Shown: positions 12,135-22,227, counted from the first letter of the stretch. The stretch: DNA of 64,000 bases from an uncultured Thermoplasmata archaeon (GCA_963768855.1 CAVYJM010000010.1:64001-128000); one strand, 5' to 3'. The notes: generated by a model not told the origin, from the letters alone. Translations and numbers: made by a program.

Positions 12135-12773
12135 ATGAACGGGACGGAGAACATTGAGATCCCGAGTTGGGCATGGGAGTTCCACGGGCACCGTTGCCCG
12201 TTCATGCCGATCGGGTACCGGATGGGAGTCATCGCGATGCGCGAGCTCGGGATTGGAAAGGTGCACGACCACGGAGCCTTCGCTCTCTCGGAGATGGGCG
12301 TCGGCCATCCTCAGACCTGTATGATGGACGGCGTGATGGCCGCGACCGGGTGCACGTACGGGAAGCTGATGATGGAGCGCCTGAACCTCGGTAAGGTGGC
12401 CATGCGTCTCCTTGCTCCCGGGAAAGGCGCGGTGCGGGTGTACCTGAAGACCGAGTTCCAGGACGATTTGGGGAAGCAAGAGTTCTTCGTCTACCGCAAA
12501 CAGGGCATCGAGCCCTCCGACATCCCGAGGGAGGTCACGGAGCCCGCGGTCCGCATGGTCCTCGAGGCGCCCGAGTCCGTTGCGTTCAAGGTCGAGCCTC
12601 TTCCGGACTTCACGTTCTCGCGCCCGAAGGGATCCTTTTCCAAGGTGGCGTGTGCGAAGTGTGGGGAGTATGTCTTCGAGCGCTACGCGAGGCTCGTGGA
12701 CGGCAAGCCCGTGTGCATCCCGTGCTCGGGTTTCACGGAATCCCGGCTGGACTCGCTCAAGGGCATGCAGTGA
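12135..12773 (+). CDS. FmdE family protein with C-terminal zinc finger
   Basis: FHGHRCPFMPIGYRMG, CMMDGVMAATGCTYGK, CAKCGE...CIPC. Confidence 0.88.
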   Translation: MNGTENIEIPSWAWEFHGHRCPFMPIGYRMGVIAMRELGIGKVHDHGAFALSEMGVGHPQTCMMDGVMAATGCTYGKLMMERLNLGKVAMRLLAPGKGAVRVYLKTEFQDDLGKQEFFVYRKQGIEPSDIPREVTEPAVRMVLEAPESVAFKVEPLPDFTFSRPKGSFSKVACAKCGEYVFERYARLVDGKPVCIPCSGFTESRLDSLKGMQ

Positions 12774-12785
12774 GCCGGTGAGACG

Positions 12786-13560
12786 GTGGACGGCGTCGTG
12801 GTCATCGCAGCCGCCTCAGTGCTCATCGTCTCCTTCGTCTTCTCGATGTTCGGCCAGGGCGGGGGATCTCTGTACACCCCCATCCTGTTCCTCCTCGGAT
12901 ACGCGACCTCGGCCTCCGTGTCCACCTCCCTGGTCCTCAACCTTGTCACGGCCCTCACTGCAACGGTCGTGTACTATCGTGGTGGGTTGGTGAACCTCCG
13001 CCAGGCCTCCGTCTTCGTCCCGGGGATCATCGTGGGGTCCCTCATCGGTGGAGCCCTGAGCGAGTCTGTCGATCCGAATCTCCTCATGTGGCTCTTCGTG
13101 GCGTTCCTCGTCGGCGCCGGGGGGCGGATGCTCTACACATACTGGGAACGAGGGCCGGTCGACACGACGGAGCCCACGCCGTTCTCGCGCCGTCTGACCG
13201 CGGTCATCGTGGTTTTCAGCTTCGTCGTGGGCATCGTGTCCGGGCTGCTGGGGGTGGGCGGCGGCATCCTCATCGTGCCCTTCCTCATCTTCGTGTGCAA
13301 GTACCCCGTGAAGCACTCCGCGGGAGCGGCGGCCTACGTCGTCGTCTTCTCCTCGCTTTTCGGCGTGATCGGCCATTCCGCCGTCGGGCAATTGGACACG
13401 GATCTCATCGCCGTGACGGCGGTCGCGGTCCTCGTCGGAGCGGTCCTCGGGGCGAGTTTCATGACCCGCACGAAGCTCGAAGACGATCAAGGCGGGTTTC
13501 GGCCTGGTCATGCTGGTCTTCGCCATCCAGCTTGTCCTCAAGCTTGCCGGCGTGGTCTGA
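12786..13560 (+). CDS. TauE/SafE family permease, frameshifted near 13476
   Basis: FGQGGGSLYTPIL and SGLLGVGGGILIVP repeats. The last helix SKTIKAGFGLVMLVFAIQLVLKLAGVV* (13477-13560) is in another frame, so the ORF-track frame runs on to 13781 into arsC. Confidence 0.8.
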
Positions 13561-13592
13561 CCGCGCGGGTGAATGCTGGAACCCGCCCGACG

Positions 13593-14081
13593 TCAGCGCT
13601 TGCTCCCGGAACGGGCCAGCGTTCGCCTCGAGCGTCCTTCCCGCCTAGAGCCACGCATCCCCGGTTTCCTCGCGGATCCCTTGGCAGGTGCGATCTCGCG
13701 GAGGAGCCGACGAACCCTCCTTTCGATTTCGTCGCGAATCTGGCGGACCTCGTCCAGCGTCCGATCCTTCGGGTCCGGTAGGGCCCAGTCTCTGGCATCC
13801 CCGCGGAAGCGTGCGGGGCACACGTCCTGCGCGGAGCATCCCATCGTCACGACGATGTCACAGGCGGCGAGATCCAACGGGCCGACCCTCTTGGGTCGCT
13901 CGTCGGACAGGTTGATTCCCACCTCTCGCATCGCCTCGACGACCACCGGATGGACCTGCGACGCGGGCAGCGTGCCGCCCGAGATGACCTCGACGCCCGC
14001 AGGAGCCGAGGCCCTAGCGAAACCCGCGGCCATCTGGCTCCGTCCCGCGTTCTCGACGCAGACGAACGCGATCTTGACCAT
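13593..14081 (-). CDS. arsC: Arsenate reductase, LMW-PTP/thioredoxin-type
   Basis: FVCVENAGRSQMA P-loop, VTMGCSAQDVCP resolving cysteines, WALPDP...IRDEI. Confidence 0.85.
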   Translation of the reverse strand: MVKIAFVCVENAGRSQMAAGFARASAPAGVEVISGGTLPASQVHPVVVEAMREVGINLSDERPKRVGPLDLAACDIVVTMGCSAQDVCPARFRGDARDWALPDPKDRTLDEVRQIRDEIERRVRRLLREIAPAKGSARKPGMRGSRREGRSRRTLARSGSKR

Positions 14082-14192
14082 GAGGCCTCGGAGTGACACG
14101 GGACGCGGTACTTGAGGCTGACGCACGGAGTTTCCGTGGATACGCGAGCCTTAACTCCTGCGGCTCGATTCCCGGCCGGTGAGAGCGGCTCC

Positions 14193-15719
14193 ATGAAGAT
14201 CAATGTCGAAGTCGGGGACATCGCCCGCTGGGAGGACGAGGTCGTCGTCGTGAACCTCTTCGAAGGCGTCGGCCACCCGGGCGGGGCCACCGGCGCCGTC
14301 GACACGGCGATCGGCCATCAGATCACCGCCATGATTGCGACCGGTGACATCACAGGGAAGTTCAAGGAAATCGTGGTGTTCCCGAGCTTCGACCGGATCC
14401 CCGGGAACCGCGTGATGGTCGTCGGCCTCGGGAAGCGGGAGGCCTTCACCCTCGACCGCGTCCGAGAGGTCTCGGCCGCGGCGGCGCTCCGGGTCCGCGA
14501 GATGGGGCTCCGGACGTTCGCGACGATCGTCCACGGCGCCGGAGTCGGCGACCTCGACATCGGCGACGCGACCGAGGCGGTCGTGGAAGGCACGATCCTC
14601 GGGCTCTACCGCTACACGGAGCACAAGACGGACAACGACCGCAAGAAGATCGAATCGATGACGCTCGTGAACCTGGACAAGGCGCGAGCCGGGGCGATTC
14701 GCGACGCGGTCCACCGGGCGTCCGTCATCGCGACGATGACGAACTTCGCGCGCGACCTCATCAACGCCCCGAGCAACGAGAAGACGCCGCGTCTCTTCGC
14801 GGACCGCATCCGCACGGCCGCGAAGGAGGCGGGCGCGACGCTCACGGTCTTCGACGAGAAGCAGCTCGAGAAGATGGGCTTCGGCTGCCTGCTCGGGGTC
14901 GCGAAGGGGAGCGTGGAGCCGCCGCGATTCCTGGTCCTCGAGCATCGCGGGGGCGGCAAGTCCAAACCGATCGTGTTCGTGGGCAAGGGCATCACCTTCG
15001 ACTCCGGCGGCATCGCCCTGAAACCCCTCGAGGCGCCCGGCGCGGACCCGATGTGGGTCATGCGCTACGACATGGGTGGCGCGGCGGCGGCCCTGGGCGC
15101 GGTGCTCGCGGCCGCGCGACTCAAGCTGCCCGTGAACGTCGTCGCCCTGGCTCCTCTCAGCGAGAACATGCCGAGCGGCAGCGCGCAGAAGCCCGGAGAC
15201 ATCGTGCGGTCCTTCGGGGGGAAGACGATCGAGGTCCTCAATCCCGATGCGGAGGGCCGGCTCGTCCTCGCCGACGCCCTCGGTTACGCGAAGACCCTGA
15301 AGCCCCAGGCCGTCGTCGATCTGGCGACGCTGACTGGCGCGGTGAAGGTGGCGCTCGGGAAGCACGCGGCCGGGATGTTCTCGAACGATCCGGCGCTCGC
15401 GAAGCGCCTCGTCGACGCGGCCGACGTCATATCGGAGCGAGTGTGGCAGCTCCCCCTGTGGGACGAGTACAACGAGCAGATTCAGAGCGACTTCGCCGAT
15501 GTAAAGAACACGGGCGGGAGGTCTGCCGGGGCGATCACTGCCGCGAAGTTCCTCGAGAAGTTCGCGGAGGACCTGCGGTGGGCGCACCTCGACATCGCCG
15601 GAACGGGATGGATTGAGGACGGTTCCGATTCCCCGAAGAAGGAGTACCTGCCGAAGGGGGCCTCCGGCTACGGCGTCCGGCTCCTCGTGCGGCTCCTGCG
15701 GGACTGGGACGCCGGGTGA
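14193..15719 (+). CDS. pepA: Leucyl aminopeptidase, M17 family
   Basis: VGKGITFDSGG, DMGGAA, NPDAEGRLVLAD, ATLTGA, WAHLDIAG. Confidence 0.95.
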   Translation: MKINVEVGDIARWEDEVVVVNLFEGVGHPGGATGAVDTAIGHQITAMIATGDITGKFKEIVVFPSFDRIPGNRVMVVGLGKREAFTLDRVREVSAAAALRVREMGLRTFATIVHGAGVGDLDIGDATEAVVEGTILGLYRYTEHKTDNDRKKIESMTLVNLDKARAGAIRDAVHRASVIATMTNFARDLINAPSNEKTPRLFADRIRTAAKEAGATLTVFDEKQLEKMGFGCLLGVAKGSVEPPRFLVLEHRGGGKSKPIVFVGKGITFDSGGIALKPLEAPGADPMWVMRYDMGGAAAALGAVLAAARLKLPVNVVALAPLSENMPSGSAQKPGDIVRSFGGKTIEVLNPDAEGRLVLADALGYAKTLKPQAVVDLATLTGAVKVALGKHAAGMFSNDPALAKRLVDAADVISERVWQLPLWDEYNEQIQSDFADVKNTGGRSAGAITAAKFLEKFAEDLRWAHLDIAGTGWIEDGSDSPKKEYLPKGASGYGVRLLVRLLRDWDAG

Positions 15720-15775
15720 ATGGGCCCCGAGCTCCCCCAACAGGTTTTTGAGATGCCAGACCGTGGGTCGGAACC

Positions 15776-16429
15776 TTGCCCGCGCACCGGGATCTGGACC
15801 TGTTGCTGGGAGAGTTCGCAACGAAGCGACATGCCATCGAAGCCCGGCTGACCGAATTCCGCAAGATCGGCCGAGGATCCGATGCGGTAATCTTCGAAGA
15901 GCTCTGCTTCTCGATCCTTGCGATTCAGTCCAGCGCCCGGTCCAGCGACGCCGCGGTCCGAGGGCTCGCGAGCGAGGGTCTCCTCTGGTCCGGCAGCGAG
16001 ACGGAGATTGCCCGGTTCTTGCGTCATCGCACGCGGTTCCACAACCACAAAGCTGCCTACATCGTGCGCGCGCGGGAGCGATTCTTCCCCGGAGGCGAGC
16101 CCCGCCTTCGGAAGGATCTCGACGCATTCGCGACCTCGCGTGACGCGCGCTCCTGGCTCGTCGCAGAGGTCGACGGATTCGGGCTCAAGGAGGCGAGCCA
16201 CTTCCTCCGCAACATCGGGCGCGGGGAGGACCTCGCCATCCTGGACCGCCACATCCTGCGAAACCTCCTTCGTCACCGGGTCATCGGCCGCATGCCGAAG
16301 TCGCTCACGCCGAAGCGGTACCTCGCCATCGAGGCTCGCATGCAGCAGTTTTCCGAAGGGATTGGCATCTCCCTTGGGATCCTCGACCTGCTGTGGTGGA
16401 GCCGGCAGACCGGGGAGATATTCAAATAA
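15776..16429 (+). CDS. ogg: 8-oxoguanine DNA glycosylase/AP lyase (archaeal Ogg family)
   Basis: FEELCFSIL, RFHNHKA.YIV, GFGLKEASHFLRNIG, AILDRHILR, KRYLAIE, LDLLWW. Confidence 0.9.
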   Translation: MPAHRDLDLLLGEFATKRHAIEARLTEFRKIGRGSDAVIFEELCFSILAIQSSARSSDAAVRGLASEGLLWSGSETEIARFLRHRTRFHNHKAAYIVRARERFFPGGEPRLRKDLDAFATSRDARSWLVAEVDGFGLKEASHFLRNIGRGEDLAILDRHILRNLLRHRVIGRMPKSLTPKRYLAIEARMQQFSEGIGISLGILDLLWWSRQTGEIFK

Positions 16430-16442
16430 AGCGCGCGGAGCG

Positions 16443-16667
16443 TCAAAAGGCCTTCCGGTCGCGAAGGAACCAGACGGTCCACAGGATCGCGATGGCCGCG
16501 GCGTCCGCGAGGCCTGTGACCAGCAGGACGGTGAGGTCCGTCGAGACGCTCGGGCCCGGCAGGAACGTCAGGTACGTGAACAGGAAGGCGAACCAGACGA
16601 AGGCGATGAGGACCGTCCCCGCGATGCGCGCCAGGAGCGAACCGCGGTAGCTCATCCTCCGGAGCAT
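16443..16667 (-). CDS. Small two-helix membrane protein
   Basis: Two hydrophobic segments; fills the gap between ogg and mutY. Confidence 0.5.
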   Translation of the reverse strand: MLRRMSYRGSLLARIAGTVLIAFVWFAFLFTYLTFLPGPSVSTDLTVLLVTGLADAAAIAILWTVWFLRDRKAF

Positions 16668-16735
16668 CGAGGCCGTGAGGGAAATCGTTTCGCCATCGGC
16701 GGCCCGTTAAGTAGCCGCGCCGTCATGGCGTCGGC

Positions 16736-17860
16736 GTGGAAGCCCCATCGTCGCGGGAAGTCCAGGCGCGGTTGCTCGCCTGGTTCGATGCGGGCCACCG
16801 GGACATGCCTTGGCGGCGCACGAAGGACCCGTACCGCATCCTGGTGGCCGAGGTGCTCCTCCAGCGCACGCGGGTCGTCTCCGGGACCCCGTACTACGAG
16901 CGGTTTGTGTCCAGGTTCCCCGATGTGCAAGCCCTCGCCGCCGCCTCGGAGGAGGAGGTCCTCCAAGCTTGGGAGGGCCTCGGGTTCTACCGCCGCGCGC
17001 GCAACCTCCATGCCGCCGCGAAGGCGATTGTCCAGGACCATGGCGGGAGCGTCCCCTCGACCGCGACGTCGCTTGCTGCGCTCCCCGGGATCGGTCCCTA
17101 CACGGCCGGTGCGGTCGCGTCGATCGCATTCGGGGAGGCCGTCCCGGCCGTCGACGGCAACGTGACCCGGGTCCTGGCGCGCCTGTTCGCAGTCGAGACC
17201 GACGTCACGGCGCGGCCCGGACGGATGCGGATTGCCGAGCTGGCCCGCGAGCTCGTTCCTGGCCGACGGCCGGGTGCGTTCAATCAGGCCCTCATGGAGC
17301 TGGGAGCGACCGTGTGCACGCCCACCCGCCCGGCGTGCCGGACCTGTCCACTCGGAGATACTTGCCTGGCTTACCATGGAGGCCTGGAGGACTCCCTCCC
17401 ACGGACCCGGGCCGCACGCCCGCCGAAGGCGGTGGCCGTTGCCTTCGCGTTCATTCACTCTCGCGGCCGGACGCTCCTCGTCCGTCGCGGCGACGCGGGG
17501 TTGCTCGGAGGCCTTTGGTCCCTTCCTGGAGGTGAGGTCTCCCCTGGTCACGACGACACGAAATCGCTCCGGGACCTTGTGGCGGCCCAAACGGGTATCC
17601 GCATCGAGGTTCGGGAGGACGTGGCTCGGGTCGGCCACACGTTCTCCCACCGCCGATGGACCGGGAGCGTTTACCGATGCATTCCCGTGGCAAGGGAGGA
17701 GCCCTCGGCTGCGGCCCGATGGGTAACGCTTCCGGAAACCCGCGGGATGCCCCTCGTGCCCGCCCATCGGAAGATCCTAGACGAACTCGGGTCGCGGCGC
17801 TCCCTCGAGTCCTTCGTTGAGACAGGGCCCTCCCGGCCGAAGCGACGTCCGTATCAATGA
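16736..17860 (+). CDS. mutY: A/G-specific adenine glycosylase
   Basis: RDMPWR..DPY.ILVAEVLLQRT, WEGLGFYRRARNLH, LPGIGPYTAGA, VDGNVTRV, FeS motif CTPTRPACRTCPLGDTC, C-terminal Nudix-like domain. Confidence 0.95.
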   Translation: MEAPSSREVQARLLAWFDAGHRDMPWRRTKDPYRILVAEVLLQRTRVVSGTPYYERFVSRFPDVQALAAASEEEVLQAWEGLGFYRRARNLHAAAKAIVQDHGGSVPSTATSLAALPGIGPYTAGAVASIAFGEAVPAVDGNVTRVLARLFAVETDVTARPGRMRIAELARELVPGRRPGAFNQALMELGATVCTPTRPACRTCPLGDTCLAYHGGLEDSLPRTRAARPPKAVAVAFAFIHSRGRTLLVRRGDAGLLGGLWSLPGGEVSPGHDDTKSLRDLVAAQTGIRIEVREDVARVGHTFSHRRWTGSVYRCIPVAREEPSAAARWVTLPETRGMPLVPAHRKILDELGSRRSLESFVETGPSRPKRRPYQ

Positions 17861-17914
17861 CGAGATTCGGTTGCGTTCTTTGATACGCCCCGACGCCCAC
17901 CCCGGTTCGATTCC

Positions 17915-18358
17915 ATGACATCCGGCGCCACCACGGTGCTCGTCTTCCCCGGGCGGAGGGTCCAGGATCTCCTGGCCGCCTACGAGAAGGCGCTCGTCGA
18001 CTCAGGCTTCGAAATCAAACAGCACGACTGGATGGGGCAGTACTACCTGCACAAGGCCATCCTGGGGGGCAAGGCCAAGGCGTACTTCGTCCGGAAGATT
18101 GTGCCCTTCGGCGAGCTCACGAAGTCGGGCAACCGCCTAGGCGCGGAAGCCCAGATCTACCCGTCCGGGAACCAAGCGGTGCTTCGCGTCGCGGTGGTCC
18201 CCTACATGGAGCTCTTCAACAAGGCGGAGGTCGCCTTCCTGTCCCAGGGCGTATTCGAGAAGATCGTCGACGATGACTGGTCCGTCGAAAAGCTCCATGA
18301 GATCGTGAACCGGATGGCCGCGATCGGCTTCGCCGGCCAGATTCCGGTCCGCCCGTGA
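17915..18358 (+). CDS. Hypothetical protein
   Basis: 147-aa ORF with host-like codon usage and normal globular composition; no family recognised. Confidence 0.75.
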   Translation: MTSGATTVLVFPGRRVQDLLAAYEKALVDSGFEIKQHDWMGQYYLHKAILGGKAKAYFVRKIVPFGELTKSGNRLGAEAQIYPSGNQAVLRVAVVPYMELFNKAEVAFLSQGVFEKIVDDDWSVEKLHEIVNRMAAIGFAGQIPVRP

Positions 18359-18389
18359 GGCTTAAGCGCCCCCGGCCGTTCCTTTCGCC

Positions 18390-18971
18390 GTGCGTCGCTT
18401 CCTCGTCGTCGGACATCGAGCGGTCACCTCCCCCGACTTCTCCTTGGACGACCTCGCGGGCGCCGCGGGACGGATGGACATCCTCCTGAGCGCCGCGAAT
18501 GCCGCCCTCCTGCTCGCGCACGACATCCGCCGGGACGCGGAGGCGGACCTCCTCCTCCTCGGACCGCCGGACCCTCCGCGGCTCGTCCGGATCCTCGGGG
18601 ACCGCGTCCGTTCGTACCAACCGGACCTGCGAAGCAACGCGGCCCTGCTTCGCAAGGCCCTGGAGCACGGCTCGCGCGTTGAACACGAGACATCCCCAGG
18701 GATCCTTGCCTCCCGCACCGATCTCGAAAGCGCCCTAGAACAGCTCGGCCCGGCCTTCGTGTATCTGAAAGAGGGCGGCCCGGACGTCCGGGGCCTGTCG
18801 CTCCCCGACGACGCGACGTTCGTCCTCTCCGACAACCAGGACCTGACCCCTGAAGAGGAGCGTGCGGTCCTCGCGCACAATCCCCTTGTCGCGGGACTCG
18901 GTCCCCATGGGCTGCATACAGATCACGCCATCGTCTTGGTACAGAACGAACTTGATCGGAGGCGAGTATGA
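18390..18971 (+). CDS. trmY: tRNA (pseudouridine54-N1)-methyltransferase, SPOUT
   Basis: MRRFLVVGHRA.T..DFSLDDLAG.AGRMDIL, HDIRRD, GPPDPP, FVLSDNQD, LGP..LHTDHAI.LVQNELD. Confidence 0.88.
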   Translation: MRRFLVVGHRAVTSPDFSLDDLAGAAGRMDILLSAANAALLLAHDIRRDAEADLLLLGPPDPPRLVRILGDRVRSYQPDLRSNAALLRKALEHGSRVEHETSPGILASRTDLESALEQLGPAFVYLKEGGPDVRGLSLPDDATFVLSDNQDLTPEEERAVLAHNPLVAGLGPHGLHTDHAIVLVQNELDRRRV

Positions 18972-20032
18972 ACGAGACCGAGTTCGTACGTACGGCGCTC
19001 TCGGAACTCGTACGCATCCCCTCGGCAGCGGACGTGGACATGGCAGGCATCCTCGAGGCCGCCCGCGCCGCGATGGAGGAGCTGGGGCTCCACCCGATCG
19101 TCCACGACGACCTCAAGGCCGTCGAGGCGTCCTCCGGATCGGGGGGCGTGCTCCTCAACGGGCATCTCGACACGGTCCCCGTGGCCTCGGGCTGGACGAA
19201 GGCCCAGGGCGCGTGGGAGGGCGATATCCTGTACGGGCGCGGGACCGCGGACATGAAGGCGGGATGCGTCGCCGCGCTCGCCGCAGCCCGGACGCTCGTC
19301 GAGCGGGGCGAGCCGGTCTCCCTCCTTTTCACCACGGACGAGGAGACGACGATGGTGGGCTCGAAGGCGCTCGCCGCCTCGTCGATCGTGAAGGATGCCG
19401 CGGCGGTCGTCGTCCTCGAGCCGACGGGCCTCCGGGTCATCGCGAGCGAGAAGGGCGTCCTCTGGTACCGCGCGACGGCCCACGGCCGGAGCGCCCACGG
19501 CAGCATGCCCCATCTGGGCGACAACGCGATCCAGCGGATGGCCCGGATCCTCGGGCGGCTCGAACCCTACGCCCATCCGAAGGACGTGCTGAACGAGGTG
19601 ACCGTCAACGCGGGGCAGATTCGCGGCGGCGTCGCCCCGAACGTCGTGGCCGACGCGTGCAGCGTGGAGCTCGACTGCCGCCATCCGCCCGAGGTGGACA
19701 AGGCCGGCGTCGAATCTCTTCTCCGCACTGCGTTCCAGGAAGTCGGCGGGGACGTCACCCTCGAGACAATCCACGAGGTCCCGGCGGCCCGCGTCTCGTC
19801 CGACGCGCCCCACGTCCGCCTCCTGCGGGAGCTCGCCGGCACGGAGGTCGTCGGCGTGACCTACGCCACGGAGATGGCGTGGTACGCAATGCACAACCCG
19901 CGGTGCGTCGTCTTCGGGCCCGGGGAGACCGCCCGGATCCACGTACCGGACGAGCGCGTCTCCCTTCGGGAGACGGTCCGGGCCGCCGACCTCCTCGTGC
20001 GGTACGCGGAGCGCCTCGAAGCTACTCGATAA
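18968..20032 (+). CDS. M20 family metallopeptidase/deacylase (ArgE/DapE-like)
   Basis: NGHLDTVP, YGRGTADMKAG, DEET, EPT, GRSAHGS, FGPG..HVPDE. Confidence 0.9.
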   Translation: MNETEFVRTALSELVRIPSAADVDMAGILEAARAAMEELGLHPIVHDDLKAVEASSGSGGVLLNGHLDTVPVASGWTKAQGAWEGDILYGRGTADMKAGCVAALAAARTLVERGEPVSLLFTTDEETTMVGSKALAASSIVKDAAAVVVLEPTGLRVIASEKGVLWYRATAHGRSAHGSMPHLGDNAIQRMARILGRLEPYAHPKDVLNEVTVNAGQIRGGVAPNVVADACSVELDCRHPPEVDKAGVESLLRTAFQEVGGDVTLETIHEVPAARVSSDAPHVRLLRELAGTEVVGVTYATEMAWYAMHNPRCVVFGPGETARIHVPDERVSLRETVRAADLLVRYAERLEATR

Positions 20033-20081
20033 CGGTCGACCAAAACATATAAGGCGAGGGGCGAGTAGCGGCCGCGACACC

Positions 20082-21278
20082 ATGGCACGCTCCGACAAGG
20101 GCCGGGACTTCTACATCGCCACGGAAGAGGAGATCCACGCCGGGAAGACGACGGACATCTACTTCCTGCGGACCCTGGACATCCTCAAGAAGGCGGGGCG
20201 GGACCGGACCGTCGTCGACGCGGAGGTCACCACGGGCGGCCTGCCGAACGGTTGGCCCTGGGGCATCCTGGCCGGGATCGAGGAGGCCGTCCACCTCCTG
20301 AAGGGCAAGGGAGTGAGCCTCTGGTCCCTCCCCGAGGGCACCCTGTTCCAGCCGCGCACCCCACGAGGCGTCCCGCTCCCCGTCATGGCCTTGCAGGGCC
20401 CGTATGGCGACTGGGCGTTGTACGAGACGCCTCTCCTGGGGCTGATTTGCCAGACGAGCGGGATCGCCACGAAGGCCGCCCGGCTCCGCAAGCTCGCGAA
20501 CGGCAAGCAGATCTTCTCCTTCGGCGTGCGGCGGATGCATCCCGGGATCGCCCCGCTCATCGAACGCTCCGTGTACGTCGGCGGACTCGACGCGATCACC
20601 ACGCCCCTCGGTTCCTCCCTCCTGGGTCTGCCCGCCATGGGGACGATGCCCCATGCCCTGGTCATCGTCATGGGCGGGTCCCGCGAGGCGTTCCACGCCG
20701 TCCAGAAATACCTGGAGAAGCGAATCCCGCGGATCGCCCTCGTGGACACGTACTACGACGAGAAGACGGAGACCCTCCTCGCCCTGGAGGAGATTCCCGA
20801 CCTGGCAGGCGTCCGCCTCGACACGCCCTCGTCCCGCCGCGGCAACTTCCCGCAAATCGTCCGCGAGATCCGATGGGAACTCGACCTGCGGGGCCACAAG
20901 GACGTCAAGATCTATGTCTCGGGCAACATCGACGAGAAGACGATCCCCGCGCTCCTCGCGGCCGGCGCGGACGGCTTCGGCATCGGCACCTCCCTGAGCA
21001 ACGCCCCCACCATCGACTTCGCCTGCGACATCGTCGAGATCGAGGGCAAGCCCGTCGCGAAGCGGGGCAAGTTCGGAGGGCGGAAGGAGCCGCTGCGCTG
21101 CCCGAAGGACGGGACCTACGAGGTCGGCGTGAGCAAGTGTCCGATGTGCGGGGGTCCGATGAAGCCGGTCTACGTGCAGTACCTGGAAGATGGCGAGCTC
21201 CGGGCCGAGTTGCCCTCCCTGTCCGAGATCCGGAGCCGCGTCATCGCCGAGGTCGACCGCGCGACGCTCGAGGCCTGA
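20082..21278 (+). CDS. pncB: Nicotinate phosphoribosyltransferase (archaeal type)
   Basis: TDIYF, YETPLLG, FGVRRMHP, GTMPHAL, LVDTY, VRLDTPSSRRG, FGIGT, KRGK; C-terminal CPKD/CPMC. Confidence 0.93.
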   Translation: MARSDKGRDFYIATEEEIHAGKTTDIYFLRTLDILKKAGRDRTVVDAEVTTGGLPNGWPWGILAGIEEAVHLLKGKGVSLWSLPEGTLFQPRTPRGVPLPVMALQGPYGDWALYETPLLGLICQTSGIATKAARLRKLANGKQIFSFGVRRMHPGIAPLIERSVYVGGLDAITTPLGSSLLGLPAMGTMPHALVIVMGGSREAFHAVQKYLEKRIPRIALVDTYYDEKTETLLALEEIPDLAGVRLDTPSSRRGNFPQIVREIRWELDLRGHKDVKIYVSGNIDEKTIPALLAAGADGFGIGTSLSNAPTIDFACDIVEIEGKPVAKRGKFGGRKEPLRCPKDGTYEVGVSKCPMCGGPMKPVYVQYLEDGELRAELPSLSEIRSRVIAEVDRATLEA

Positions 21279-21309
21279 GCGCGCCTTTTATCGGGCCGCA
21301 GGGGCTTAG

Positions 21310-21996
21310 GTGTGCGTGGCAGCGGCGACGAAGGCAGAGGTCCGGGCGACCTACGAGCGCATCGCTGAACCGTTCGCGGCCTCGCGGGAGGAACCGTGGC
21401 CCGAGGTCCTCTCGTTCGCGACCTCGCTCCCCGAGGCGATCCGCATCGCCGACGTAGGGTGTGGCAACGGCCGTCATGCCCGGGCGCTCGCCTCGACCGG
21501 GCACATCGTCACCGCGGTCGACTTCGCACGCAACCTGCTCCTGATTGGCCGCCGCGGATCGCGCGGTCGGGTGTGGGGCCAGCACATCTCCTGGGTCCAG
21601 GCCGAGGCGACGACCCTCCCGCTCCGCTCCGGCTCGATGGACGCCGCCCTGTGCGTCGCGGTCCTTCACCATCTGCCCTCGGCCGAGGAGCGGACTGTCG
21701 CCCTGCGCGAGCTCCGCCGCATCCTGCGGTCCGGGGGCCGCGCGTTCATCAGCGTCTGGGCTCTCGATCAGCCCCGCTTCCGGAAGGCCGTCGAGGCAAG
21801 GCGGCACCTCCCCGCGGACGTGCGGGGCGACGTGGAAATCCCGTGGACGATGCCCGATGGGGTCGTCATCCCGCGGTACTACCATCTGTTCGAGGAGGGC
21901 GAGCTGGAGGTATTGATTATCGAATCCGGGCTTCACGGAGAAAGGTTTTTCCGGGGCCCGGGAAACCTCTTCGCGGAGGCATCGAGCCATGGCTGA
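21310..21996 (+). CDS. Class I SAM-dependent methyltransferase (Trm9/ALKBH8-like)
   Basis: IADVGCGNGRH, AVLHHL, LRRILRSGG...SVW, RYYHLF..GEL. Confidence 0.85.
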   Translation: MCVAAATKAEVRATYERIAEPFAASREEPWPEVLSFATSLPEAIRIADVGCGNGRHARALASTGHIVTAVDFARNLLLIGRRGSRGRVWGQHISWVQAEATTLPLRSGSMDAALCVAVLHHLPSAEERTVALRELRRILRSGGRAFISVWALDQPRFRKAVEARRHLPADVRGDVEIPWTMPDGVVIPRYYHLFEEGELEVLIIESGLHGERFFRGPGNLFAEASSHG

Positions 21997-22177
21997 CCTC
22001 GGGACGACCGTCACGGACTTCTTCGCGACGATCGTCCAGAACCCGCTCTATCTCCTCCTCACGGTCGGCGGCGTCGCCGCGCTCCTCCTCGTGATCATCG
22101 CCCACCACATTCACAAGATCCGCAGCCAGGAGATCTTCGTGCACCAGGCGTGGGGCGCGAATTGGAAGGGCCGCTAG
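21989..22177 (+). CDS. Small single-pass membrane protein
   Basis: 62 aa with one TM helix; ATG overlaps the end of the upstream gene. Confidence 0.6.
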   Translation: MADLGTTVTDFFATIVQNPLYLLLTVGGVAALLLVIIAHHIHKIRSQEIFVHQAWGANWKGR

Positions 22178-22227
22178 GTTCGAAACCCTCATATCCGGTC
22201 GCGGCTTCGTGCCGCTCTGGTGCGTCT

